Source: Vulcanimicrobiota bacterium
Lineage (GTDB): Bacteria > Vulcanimicrobiota > Vulcanimicrobiia > Vulcanimicrobiales > Vulcanimicrobiaceae
Direction of reading: 5' to 3'
Assembly: GCA_963733295.1 (NCBI GenBank)
Contig: CAVTCS010000003.1
Span: forward strand, 864,001 to 928,000
Length of the DNA stretch: 64,000 nucleotides
A model generated the notes under the pieces. That model had not been told where the DNA came from, made no database searches, and saw nothing but the letters and a program-made list of their open reading frames with translations. This document shows positions 39,216 through 47,696 of the stretch, in pieces. The stretch's first letter is position 1. The number at the start of each line of letters is the position of its first letter. Both the position numbers and the translations under genes were made by a program.

Positions 39216-40292
39216 CTAGAACCACGTGCTGGGCGTCGGGGTCGGCGGAACCGTCGGCACCGGGGTCGGGGTCGGCGGCGGCGTCGGCGTCGGCGGTACC
39301 GGGTCGGAGCCGGGGTACGGCGTCGGCGGAGGGGTCGGCGTCGGAACCGGGGTCGGCGTCGGCACCGGGCTCGGCGTCGGAACCGGGCTCACGGTCGGCA
39401 CTGGGCTCGCGGTCGCCACAGGGCTCGCGGTCGGCACAGGGGTCGGTGTCGGCACAGGTGACGGCGACCGGGTCGGCGTCGGCGGCGGGGTCGGGGTTGC
39501 CGGCGGCAGCGTCGGCGATGGCGTCACTGGCGGTGGCGAAGCGGTCAGCGTCGGTGTCGGTGACGGCGAAGGGGACACGGTCGGCGTCGGGACGCCGCTG
39601 CCCGGCGTGTACGCGACGCACGGCAGCGACCCGCCCGTTGCGACCGGCGAGACCGGTTGAATTGAGGTCGGAAGCGGGGACGGCGGAATCGTCGGGGAGA
39701 CGTTGTCGCCGAAGCCCTCCGCCGAACCGTCGAACGCGATGCCGACTTGGGTGCATTCCGTCAGCGTCTCGAGATCGGGTGACTTGAAGAAATTCTCGGC
39801 CGCGCTGTTGCCCGTCGAGCCGGTGCCGCCTCCGAGAACGCCGCCCAAGAAACCGCCGGTTCCATTGCCGGCCGAGGCAAACGCCGCGGCGTCCTGCAAC
39901 AGGACCGGCTCGGCGAACGTTTCGGGACCCACGACGTCGGCGAGGTTTCCGACGCAGTTGGGCAAGCCCACGGTCGCCGGTTGGAAAAAACCCTCGCGCG
40001 TGTTCGTGAGGATGCCCGGCATTCCGGTTTCCATCGGCGCGCACGTCGCGTAGCTCGTCGGCGGTTGGCCGTCGATCGTGGCGTAGATTGCATAAAGCGA
40101 GTAGTCTTGGTACGGATTCTTCAGCGAACCGACGACGCCGCCGTAGCGCACGCTCATCTGAACGCGCTCGCTCGTGGCTCCTTCGCGGACCGCCCAGATG
40201 ACGCCGAAAAGTCCCAACAGAAAGAGCGGCAGCGCGATCGCCGTTTCGGTGAGTGCTTGGCCGCGCGGCAGAGGGACTTTCGGAAACTTCAT
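39216..40292 (-). CDS. TadE-like pseudopilin with Pro/Thr-rich stalk, cassette A
   Basis: RG|QALTETAIALPLF; PTP repeats; ends TWF. Confidence 0.75.
   Translation of the reverse strand: MKFPKVPLPRGQALTETAIALPLFLLGLFGVIWAVREGATSERVQMSVRYGGVVGSLKNPYQDYSLYAIYATIDGQPPTSYATCAPMETGMPGILTNTREGFFQPATVGLPNCVGNLADVVGPETFAEPVLLQDAAAFASAGNGTGGFLGGVLGGGTGSTGNSAAENFFKSPDLETLTECTQVGIAFDGSAEGFGDNVSPTIPPSPLPTSIQPVSPVATGGSLPCVAYTPGSGVPTPTVSPSPSPTPTLTASPPPVTPSPTLPPATPTPPPTPTRSPSPVPTPTPVPTASPVATASPVPTVSPVPTPSPVPTPTPVPTPTPPPTPYPGSDPVPPTPTPPPTPTPVPTVPPTPTPSTWF
39228..39600 (-). repeat. Coding Pro/Thr low-complexity repeats (PTPTPV/PTASPV)
   Basis: Iterated GTCGG/GGGGTCGGC motifs on the + strand. Confidence 0.8.
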
Positions 40293-41401
40293 GGTGCGGT
40301 GTTACACATCGTCGTAAGGTTGATCTGCGACGCCGGTGTGAAGGGTTTCATCGGGACGTCGTTCCACCAGCCCAGACGAACGCTCATCTCGTTTTTATCG
40401 ATCGGCGTCGAGAAGCCACCGACGAGCGGATTCGCGACGGCGCCGTTTCCGCCGAAGTCCACCGCGTACCAGTTATAGGGGGAGGGGCCGCCGGCGGACG
40501 GCGGGATCGAAGTTCCGTACGTTTCGGTGAATTGGAACGGCGTAAAGGGACCCCGAGCGTTGTCGTAGAGCGAACCCGGCTGGAACCAATCTTCTTCGAC
40601 CATCACCGAGGTCGCGGCGGCACGCCCGACCGCGTAGTACGGCTGTGTCTGCAGTGCGCCGAATGCCGGAATGATCGGGGGGATGACGGCGCAGGTGAGA
40701 ACCTCGACTTGCACCGGGTTGAAGTCGATGTTTTCCGAGTTGACCTCGCTGGCGTCGCAGACTCTGCCGAAGCTCGGGATGCAGTTCGTTTCCGCGTCGA
40801 ACTCGACCGGATTGAGCGGAGTCTGATAACCGGTACCGCTCGAGGTCCCGCGGACGAGCGATCCCGTAATCGGAAGCATCGTATACTGGAAGGCGCAGTC
40901 TCCGCCTGAGGCGTTGACCGACGCCGTCGTGGGCAGCATCGTTGCCTGGTTGCAGGTGGCTTGTATGTGATGCAGCAAGGCCTGCGCGTCGCTCTGCCAG
41001 TTGCTGTACGTCGAAAACGAGACGACGTTATTGAGGACCTCGGCATCGTAGGTGTAGCGGGTCGCAGAGCGCACGAAAGCCGCCGTCAACGCGGTGTAAT
41101 CGGCGGAGCAATATGCCGGTATGCTGCAGCCGCCCGAATTGTTCGTGGTCATCAAAATCGCGTCCAGCAATTGGCGAAGCCGGAACTCCTCGACGTTCGC
41201 CGCGTAGAGCGTTTCGGTGGTCATGTTGAAGCGCTGGGTCTGAATCGAGGTCAGGGCCGCGGCTGCGGCATCGGCGGCGCTTTGGGCACGGACTTGCCAG
41301 CGGATCGTGTTGCCGTAGTTCAGCGCCATAAACATCAAAACGAACGTCGAGAGGATCGCGACGATCCAAAGCGGGATGACCTGCCCGCGCGCGTTCCGCA
41401 T
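40289..41401 (-). CDS. TadG-like pseudopilin, cassette A
   Basis: RG|QVIPLWIV...NYGNTIRWQVRAQSAADAAA. Confidence 0.78.
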   Translation of the reverse strand: MRNARGQVIPLWIVAILSTFVLMFMALNYGNTIRWQVRAQSAADAAAAALTSIQTQRFNMTTETLYAANVEEFRLRQLLDAILMTTNNSGGCSIPAYCSADYTALTAAFVRSATRYTYDAEVLNNVVSFSTYSNWQSDAQALLHHIQATCNQATMLPTTASVNASGGDCAFQYTMLPITGSLVRGTSSGTGYQTPLNPVEFDAETNCIPSFGRVCDASEVNSENIDFNPVQVEVLTCAVIPPIIPAFGALQTQPYYAVGRAAATSVMVEEDWFQPGSLYDNARGPFTPFQFTETYGTSIPPSAGGPSPYNWYAVDFGGNGAVANPLVGGFSTPIDKNEMSVRLGWWNDVPMKPFTPASQINLTTMCNTAP

Positions 41402-42543
41402 CAGCAATTCGTCCCGTAGACGTACGGATGACCGACCGACTGAGCGCCGGCGCCGTAAGCAGGAGGAAATGGAATCGAGCCAACGCCGGTCGAACTGGAC
41501 GTGCCTGCGGTGACGATGAGGTCCCAGCTATAAATTCTTTGGATGGCAGCGTCGGCTTGGGCGCCGGTGACGCTGCCCTGGACCGCTCCGGCGGGCGCCG
41601 CCCCAAATCCAGTCGGGCCTCCGGCCGGGCCCCCACCAAACGGCGCCCAATTCGCGTAATCGCCATCGCCCATCGGGCTAATCGGAAGCCCGTTGTTAGC
41701 GACGGGAGTTTGCAATGCGCCGAGCGAGCTGTTGTTCGCAAAAAATGTAGCGAGGATCGAGAAGACTTGCTGATGACAGGCGACTTGCGCGAAGGCCAGC
41801 GGCAGCGGTTGCGGGTTGAGCGGGTTCGGAATTTCTCCGTTGGGACGTTCCCAGATCGAGTCGTCGAGGTGCTCGGCAACGCCCAGCGCGCGAATCTTCG
41901 CCGTTAACGCGCAGCCGGTCTGCGCTGTCGGCCACGGTTGCGCATCGGGACAGTTCTCGATGAAATTGAAGCCGACGAAATACGGCGGCGTGTTCTCCCC
42001 GTTCGTAAAATAATTCTCTTGGAAGTTCGCGGGGCCGGTCTGGCCGTAGCTGGCCGAATTCGCCACGTCGAAGTGGGCGCCGTTCTCGAGCCATTGAGGC
42101 TCGACCATCGAACCCTCGACGTTGAGCGGGACGCCGAGGAGCGACACGACGTTCGGCTTCGCGACCTTCATCCCCAATTGCGTCGGTTCCATCATCGAGG
42201 CGCCGCCGTGACGGTTATTGATCGAAGCGGCGGCCAGGATCGGATTGGGGTCGTTGTATCCGTAGTCGATGCCGACCGTGGGCACCGGTGCCGGCGCAGC
42301 GCTCGGCGTGAAATCGAGCGGCGCGAATTGCGGAAAGACGCCCGTCGTCGCTGTGATCGCGTTGGGGTCACCGAGCACCGTCTGATGGGCGCTCATGAAC
42401 GAGGCCGCGTCGGCGGTCATCTGGATGTACCCGACGACGCCCAACTGGACGCTGCCCAGGATCATGATGAGAATGACCCCCACGACGAGGGCCGTTTCCG
42501 CGAGTGCCGCACCACGTTGGGCTCGCGCCCGGAGAAATCGCAC
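41401..42543 (-). CDS. TadE-like pseudopilin with large Cys-containing domain, cassette A
   Basis: RG|AALAETALVVGVIL; EPQWLENGAHFDVAN shared with paralog; ends in Cys. Confidence 0.75.
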   Translation of the reverse strand: MRFLRARAQRGAALAETALVVGVILIMILGSVQLGVVGYIQMTADAASFMSAHQTVLGDPNAITATTGVFPQFAPLDFTPSAAPAPVPTVGIDYGYNDPNPILAAASINNRHGGASMMEPTQLGMKVAKPNVVSLLGVPLNVEGSMVEPQWLENGAHFDVANSASYGQTGPANFQENYFTNGENTPPYFVGFNFIENCPDAQPWPTAQTGCALTAKIRALGVAEHLDDSIWERPNGEIPNPLNPQPLPLAFAQVACHQQVFSILATFFANNSSLGALQTPVANNGLPISPMGDGDYANWAPFGGGPAGGPTGFGAAPAGAVQGSVTGAQADAAIQRIYSWDLIVTAGTSSSTGVGSIPFPPAYGAGAQSVGHPYVYGTNC

Positions 42544-42557
42544 GAAAAGTTACCGCC

Positions 42558-42764
42558 TCAGATCGTGTCGGCGTTAACGGCTGCGTTGTTCAACGAGGAC
42601 TGCTGAGCGTTGAGCTGGTTGCTTGCAAGAGCTGAAATGAAAGCGAAGGCGCCCATCGCGAGAATCGAAAAAACGCTCAGGATAAGAGCGAATTCGGCTA
42701 GCTCCTGACCGCTCTCGTCGCTCAGGAATTCTCTCCAACCCGCAGCGATAAGGTCCTTGGTCAT
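42558..42764 (-). CDS. Flp-like pilin (atypical), cassette A
   Basis: DESG|QELAEFALILSVFSILA; GGAGA RBS. Confidence 0.78.
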   Translation of the reverse strand: MTKDLIAAGWREFLSDESGQELAEFALILSVFSILAMGAFAFISALASNQLNAQQSSLNNAAVNADTI

Positions 42765-43062
42765 GCATTCTCCATGGTCGAGGCGTTAACTAAATCGGCG
42801 GGGCACTGAGCTGTAGCCCCACGCGCTTGTGCCATTATAACGTGGAATAGTCGCTCAGGGTCACTTCCAGGCCGCTAAAGTCATCACATTTTTATGCTTG
42901 GAATCACTCAATGTGACTCGTTCCCCAGGCAAGCGAGGGCTAAACGTCCTAGTTTGGCCTGGGAGCTTTGTCTGGGACATTTGTAAAGATATTGTAAAAG
43001 GCGTCTGCCCGATCCACGAGAAGGACACGCTGCGGCAAAGTTGACCACCTAGGCTAGCACTC

Positions 43063-43404
43063 GTGGGAGCGCGGGGTTTCGGAGCGTTGCTGGCGGCGAG
43101 GCAAGCCAAGGTCCGGGCGTGCAAAGTGCAGTTTGCCGCCCTCAGGTCGGCGGCCCGCGCGAGCTTCGGTAGCCCGGTTCCGGCAGGCTCCGCGGCGGAG
43201 TTCAGCGCTGCCGAGGACTACCGGGCGAGGCGGGAACGAGCGATCGAGCAGGTTACGCTCGCCCTCGACCGGGCGCGGCGAGAGTGCGCCGGTCTCGAGG
43301 CGCTGGAACGCAGGCGCGCCACCGGGGCGCAGCTGCGCCGCAGGCGCAGTGAAGCGCGGGAGGCCGACGAACGCAATCGCATGCTCCAGAGCCTCCGGGC
43401 ATGA
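43063..43404 (+). CDS. Possible FliJ-like coiled-coil protein
   Basis: Helical ORF with ARRECAGLEALERR...EAREADE C-terminus; overlaps start of flbD. Confidence 0.4.
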   Translation: MGARGFGALLAARQAKVRACKVQFAALRSAARASFGSPVPAGSAAEFSAAEDYRARRERAIEQVTLALDRARRECAGLEALERRRATGAQLRRRRSEAREADERNRMLQSLRA

Positions 43405-43595
43405 TCGCGCTCCACCGCCCAAACGGTTTCCCGCTCCTGGTCAACCCCGACCTTATCGAAACGGCCGAGTCGTCTCCAGAAGGCGAAACGATCGTAACGC
43501 TCACCTCGGGCAACACGCTCGTCGTGCGGGACTCGCTCGAGGCGTTGCGTGCTGCCGTGATCGAGTTTCGGCGCAGTCTGGCGCCTCCGCCGTGA
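43401..43595 (+). CDS. flbD: Flagellar FlbD/SwrD family protein
   Basis: MIALHRPNG...VNPDLIE...ETIVTLTSG..LVVRDS. Confidence 0.8.
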   Translation: MIALHRPNGFPLLVNPDLIETAESSPEGETIVTLTSGNTLVVRDSLEALRAAVIEFRRSLAPPP

Positions 43596-43629
43596 GGGCC
43601 CTTCCTTAGATACGGGAACCAGCCTCGCC

Positions 43630-43902
43630 GTGCGAACCGTCGTCGCCCTGATGGTGGTCGGCGGCCTGCTCCTCGGCCTGCGCTATCTCGCTGCCGCGCT
43701 CGGCGCGCGCCGGCCGGGCCTCAGCGGGGGGCGGTTGCTCGCGGTGCTCGAGAGCGCGATGTTGCCCGGCGGCTGCTCGTTGCACGTCGTCAGCGTCGCG
43801 GACCGCTACCTCGTGATCGGACGAGCCGCCTCGCAGCTCACGCTGCTGTGCGAACTCTCTGCCGCTCAAATGAGCAAGCTTGCGCATTCTGATCGCGGAT
43901 GA
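43630..43902 (+). CDS. FliO/FliZ-like flagellar export protein
   Basis: TM helix + LAVLES.MLPGG.SLHVVSVADRYLVIG....LTLLCEL. Confidence 0.65.
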   Translation: MRTVVALMVVGGLLLGLRYLAAALGARRPGLSGGRLLAVLESAMLPGGCSLHVVSVADRYLVIGRAASQLTLLCELSAAQMSKLAHSDRG

Positions 43903-44242
43903 CGCCGCGGTCGAGCGCGCGATCCTGCGCAGGCTCGCGCTTCGAGAGGGTCACGAGATCGCCGGCGAGGCCTCAGAGTTGAGCGAGCTGCTCGAAATGA
44001 CCGGCCGGCTTTTGCCGGACGTCGTCGTACTCGACGGACGCTTGCCGCCGGCCGGCGGACTGCACGCGTTAAGCGCGCTACGCGCGCTGCCGGAATCGCC
44101 GGCGGTCGTCGTCGTCGCCGCTCTCGGCGAGCGCGCGTTCTTGCAAACCGCGGTCCGCAGCGGAGCGCAGGGCGGCGTGATGCGTCCTCTCGCTGCAGTC
44201 GAGTTCGTGGAAACGCTGCGGCGGCTCGCAAGAAGGTCTTAG
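43880..44242 (+). CDS. CheY-like single-domain response regulator (atypical)
   Basis: ILIADD...PDVVVLD receiver fold. Confidence 0.8.
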   Translation: MRILIADDAAVERAILRRLALREGHEIAGEASELSELLEMTGRLLPDVVVLDGRLPPAGGLHALSALRALPESPAVVVVAALGERAFLQTAVRSGAQGGVMRPLAAVEFVETLRRLARRS

Positions 44243-44264
44243 CCCCTTCGCGAACCCTCCGCGC

Positions 44265-44543
44265 ATGGCAGAAGCGCCCGAACTCGAGAGGCACGAGACC
44301 TTTACCAGCAACGGAGCCGCGGCGGAGAAACCGGCCGACGTTGAAGCGCCGCAGCAAGGCGGCGGCCTCCTTCGGGCGTTCCTCGTCCTGGGCGTCGCGC
44401 TTGCGACCGCGGCGCTCGTCTTCGCCGTCGTGCGCGCAACGTTGCGGCGCGCGCCCGCCGATCCGACCACGGAGCGAATTCAAGGGCTGATCGACGAAGC
44501 GAATCGGCTCCTCAAACAACTCGATGATAAAAGCGCCGGATAG
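44265..44543 (+). CDS. Small hypothetical membrane protein
   Basis: One TM helix + helical C-terminus; fills the gap before rlmD. Confidence 0.55.
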   Translation: MAEAPELERHETFTSNGAAAEKPADVEAPQQGGGLLRAFLVLGVALATAALVFAVVRATLRRAPADPTTERIQGLIDEANRLLKQLDDKSAG

Positions 44544-45921
44544 AATTCCGGTTGCAAGTCCGCCCGCGCTGCGTGTGGGCGAAGTCGTCGAGATCGTTTG
44601 CACCGATTTAATCGCGAAAACCGGGCAAGCCGTGGGGCGTGCCGGCGGCATGGTCGTGTACGTCCTCGGACCGGTTCCGGGCGAGCGCGCTCGCGTTCGC
44701 ATCGAGGTCGTCAAGGCGAAGTACGCGGTCGCGGAGCTGGTACAGTTGCTGGAGCGCTCGCCCGACCGCGTCGAGCCGTTCTGCAGCGTGTTCGGCGCGT
44801 GCGGCGGATGTCAAGTCCAGCATTTCGCTTATCCGGCGCAACTTCGCTGGAAGCGCGATCTCGTCGAAAACGCGCTGCGCCGGATCGGCGGCATCGCGAA
44901 CGCCCCGGTCGCGGAGACGATCGGGATGGACGAGCCGCGCGCCTACCGCAACAAAATGGCGCTCGTTGTCGAACATCGCGAGCACGCCGCTTTCGGGTTC
45001 TACGCGGCTCGTACGCACGACGTCGTGCCGATTCGAACGTGTCCGATCGTCGTGCCCGCGCTCGACCGGATCGTCGGCGAGCTCTGGGCTGCCGCCGCTT
45101 CGCCCGACGTCGCGCCCGCTTTTGCGGGCGCGCGCCACGTCGTGGCGCGAGCCGGGCAGGCGACGGGGAACAGCGTCCTTTCGCTGACCACCGAACGGCG
45201 TTCGCGCGAGTTGGGCACGCACGCGCAAGCGCTCGCGGCGCGCCTCAGCGACGTCGTCGGCATCAGCAACTCGTTCGAGCCGCCCAGCGAAAACGCGGTG
45301 ATGGGCCGTAAGAACGTGACGGTCGCCGGCGAGTCGGAACTCGAAGAGGAAATCGACGGCCTGCGTTTCCGCGTGTCGCCGGCCTCGTTTTTCCAAGTCA
45401 ACAGCCGCATGGTTGCGGAGATCTTCGCGTTTCTGGCGCCGCGCGCCGGCGGTCTGAAGTCGGTCGTCGACCTCTATTGCGGCGCGGGCACGTTCGCGCT
45501 GTTTTTCGCAAAACACGGCGCTCACGTGGTCGGAATCGAGGAGAATGCGCACGCCGTGCGCGAAGCGCGCGCCAACGCAAAGCTCGACGCCGTGGCCGAG
45601 CGCACGTTCTTCTTTTCGGCGCGCGTCGAGACGCTGTTGCGGAGCGAGGCCGGAGCCCGGGCGCTCGCGGCCGCTGAGGTCGTCTTCCTCGATCCGCCGC
45701 GCAAGGGCAGCGACGAGGCGACGCTGTGCGCGCTCGGCGCCGCACGCGTGCCGCGCATCTGGTATCTCTCGTGCAATCCCGCGACCCTGGCGCGCGACCT
45801 GGCGCAACTCGTCGCGAGCGGCTACGAACTCGAACTGGTGCAGCCCTTCGACATGTTTCCGCAGACGGGACATATCGAAGCGCTCGCGATGCTGCGTCTC
45901 GCGGACCTCCGGCGTGTCTGA
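44524..45921 (+). CDS. rlmD: 23S rRNA U1939 C5-methyltransferase
   Basis: TRAM domain, C..FGACGGC, SFFQVN, DLYCGAG, DPPRKG and DMFPQT. Confidence 0.92.
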   Translation: MIKAPDRIPVASPPALRVGEVVEIVCTDLIAKTGQAVGRAGGMVVYVLGPVPGERARVRIEVVKAKYAVAELVQLLERSPDRVEPFCSVFGACGGCQVQHFAYPAQLRWKRDLVENALRRIGGIANAPVAETIGMDEPRAYRNKMALVVEHREHAAFGFYAARTHDVVPIRTCPIVVPALDRIVGELWAAAASPDVAPAFAGARHVVARAGQATGNSVLSLTTERRSRELGTHAQALAARLSDVVGISNSFEPPSENAVMGRKNVTVAGESELEEEIDGLRFRVSPASFFQVNSRMVAEIFAFLAPRAGGLKSVVDLYCGAGTFALFFAKHGAHVVGIEENAHAVREARANAKLDAVAERTFFFSARVETLLRSEAGARALAAAEVVFLDPPRKGSDEATLCALGAARVPRIWYLSCNPATLARDLAQLVASGYELELVQPFDMFPQTGHIEALAMLRLADLRRV

Positions 45922-46207
45922 ATCGCAGCTGGATGTCGCCTACGTCGCCAGGCTGGCGCGGATCGCCCTGAGCCCCGCCGAGATCGAGCGTTTCGGCGCG
46001 CAGCTCGGGGCGCTGCTCGACCACGTAAAGGCGCTCGAAGCGCTCGGCGTCGACGGCGTCGCCGCCACGGCGCAGGTGATTCCGTCGAGCAACGTCGCGC
46101 GCGACGACCTTCCGGTCCCCTCGCTGCCGCGCGAGGCGGTGTTGGCGCAGGCGCCGCAAGTCGAGGGCAACTACTTCCGCGTTCCACGCATCGTCGCGGA
46201 GGCATAG
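45914..46207 (+). CDS. gatC: Asp/Glu-tRNA amidotransferase subunit C
   Basis: VARLARI...AP...YFRVPRIV. Confidence 0.9.
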   Translation: MSESQLDVAYVARLARIALSPAEIERFGAQLGALLDHVKALEALGVDGVAATAQVIPSSNVARDDLPVPSLPREAVLAQAPQVEGNYFRVPRIVAEA

Positions 46208-46208
46208 T

Positions 46209-47696
46209 ATCTTCGACATCGATTCCGGCGCTCGCACGATCGCGCGGGCGGTCAACGCAGGTGACGTTTCCGCGCTCGAAATCGCCGAGGCGGCTCTCGC
46301 GCGCGTCGAGGAACGCGACCCGGCAACCGGTGCGTTCTTGCATGTCGCCGGAGAGCTGGCGCGCGAGCACGCCCGGGCCGTCGACGCGCGCACTGCGCGC
46401 GGTGAGAAGCTGCCGCTCGCAGGCGTCCCGCTCGCCCTCAAGGACAACATGTGTTTGGCCGGCACGCCGACGACGGCCGCCTCGAAGATCCTCGACGGTT
46501 GGGTGGCGCCGTACACGGCGACCGCGGTGCGGCGCTTGCTCGATGCGGGCGCCGTCCCAATCGGTAAGACGAATCTCGACGAGTTCGCGATGGGTTCGTC
46601 GTGCGAGAACAGCGCGCTCGGGGTGACGCACAATCCTTGGGATCTCGAACGAGTACCGGGCGGCTCGTCCGGCGGAAGCGTTGCGGCGGTCGCCGCCGGC
46701 GAAGCGACGCTCGCGCTCGGCAGCGATACCGGCGGATCGATCCGCGAGCCGGCAGCCTTCTGCGGCGTGGTCGGATTCAAGCCGACCTACGGACGGATCT
46801 CGCGCTACGGCCTGATCGCTTTCGCCTCGAGCCTGGATCAGATCGGTCCGATCGCCCGCAACGTCGCCGACGCGGCGCTGACCTACGACGTGATGGCCGG
46901 ACGGGACGTGTGCGACGCGACCACGCTCGAACTTCCGGTCGAGCCCACCGCCTCGGCGTTGCGCGAAGACTTGCGCGGCGTGCGCGTCGGCATCGTTCGC
47001 GAATTCCCCTTGAGCGCTCTCGAGCCCGAAGTACGCGCGGTGTACGAGCGCGCCTATGCCGATCTCGAACGGCTCGGTGCCACGCTGCTCGACGTGACGC
47101 TTCCCAGCGCCGATTACGGGGTAGCCACGTACTACCTGATCGCGCCGGCCGAGTGCTCTTCGAATTTGGCGCGCTTCGACGGAATGCGTTACGGCTTGCG
47201 CGTCGAGCGCCCGAGCGTCGATGCGACCTACGAGGCAACGCGTGCGGCGGGATTCGGCGACGAAGTGAAGCGCCGCATCCTGATCGGAACGCACGCGCTC
47301 TCGAGCGGCTACTACGACGCGTACTACGTCCGCGCGCAAAAGGCGCGAACCATGATCGCCGCCGACTTCGCGCGCGCTTTCGAGAAGTGCGATCTCATCG
47401 CTTGTCCGGCCGCCGCCTCGCCGGCCTTCCGCTTCAACGCGAAGTCCGATCCGGTTAGCATGTACTTGATGGACTACTACACGATCCCGATGTCGCTGGC
47501 CGGTTTGCCGTCGCTGTCGGTTCCGTGCGGCTGGGTCACTCCGCCGGACGGCAAGCTGCCGCTGCCGCTCGGGCTCGAGCTGAGCGCGCCGCTGTTCGCG
47601 GAGCGCGCGCTGCTCGGAGCGGCGCACGCGTACGAGCTTGGAACGCGCCATGCAGTCGCGCACGCGCTTCCGCCGCTCGCGAGGGCCGGCGTATGA
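46209..47696 (+). CDS. gatA: Asp/Glu-tRNA amidotransferase subunit A (start codon unclear)
   Basis: KTNLDEFAMGSS, PGGSSGGS and GSDTGGSIR; frame open upstream of the tool start 46338. Confidence 0.93.
   Translation: MFDIDSGARTIARAVNAGDVSALEIAEAALARVEERDPATGAFLHVAGELAREHARAVDARTARGEKLPLAGVPLALKDNMCLAGTPTTAASKILDGWVAPYTATAVRRLLDAGAVPIGKTNLDEFAMGSSCENSALGVTHNPWDLERVPGGSSGGSVAAVAAGEATLALGSDTGGSIREPAAFCGVVGFKPTYGRISRYGLIAFASSLDQIGPIARNVADAALTYDVMAGRDVCDATTLELPVEPTASALREDLRGVRVGIVREFPLSALEPEVRAVYERAYADLERLGATLLDVTLPSADYGVATYYLIAPAECSSNLARFDGMRYGLRVERPSVDATYEATRAAGFGDEVKRRILIGTHALSSGYYDAYYVRAQKARTMIAADFARAFEKCDLIACPAAASPAFRFNAKSDPVSMYLMDYYTIPMSLAGLPSLSVPCGWVTPPDGKLPLPLGLELSAPLFAERALLGAAHAYELGTRHAVAHALPPLARAGV

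Noticed and set aside
45822..47663. Long antisense ORFs (613 aa here; also 59214-61037, 31488-32855, 9979-11508)
   Set aside because: Shadow frames of well-supported genes in GC-rich DNA
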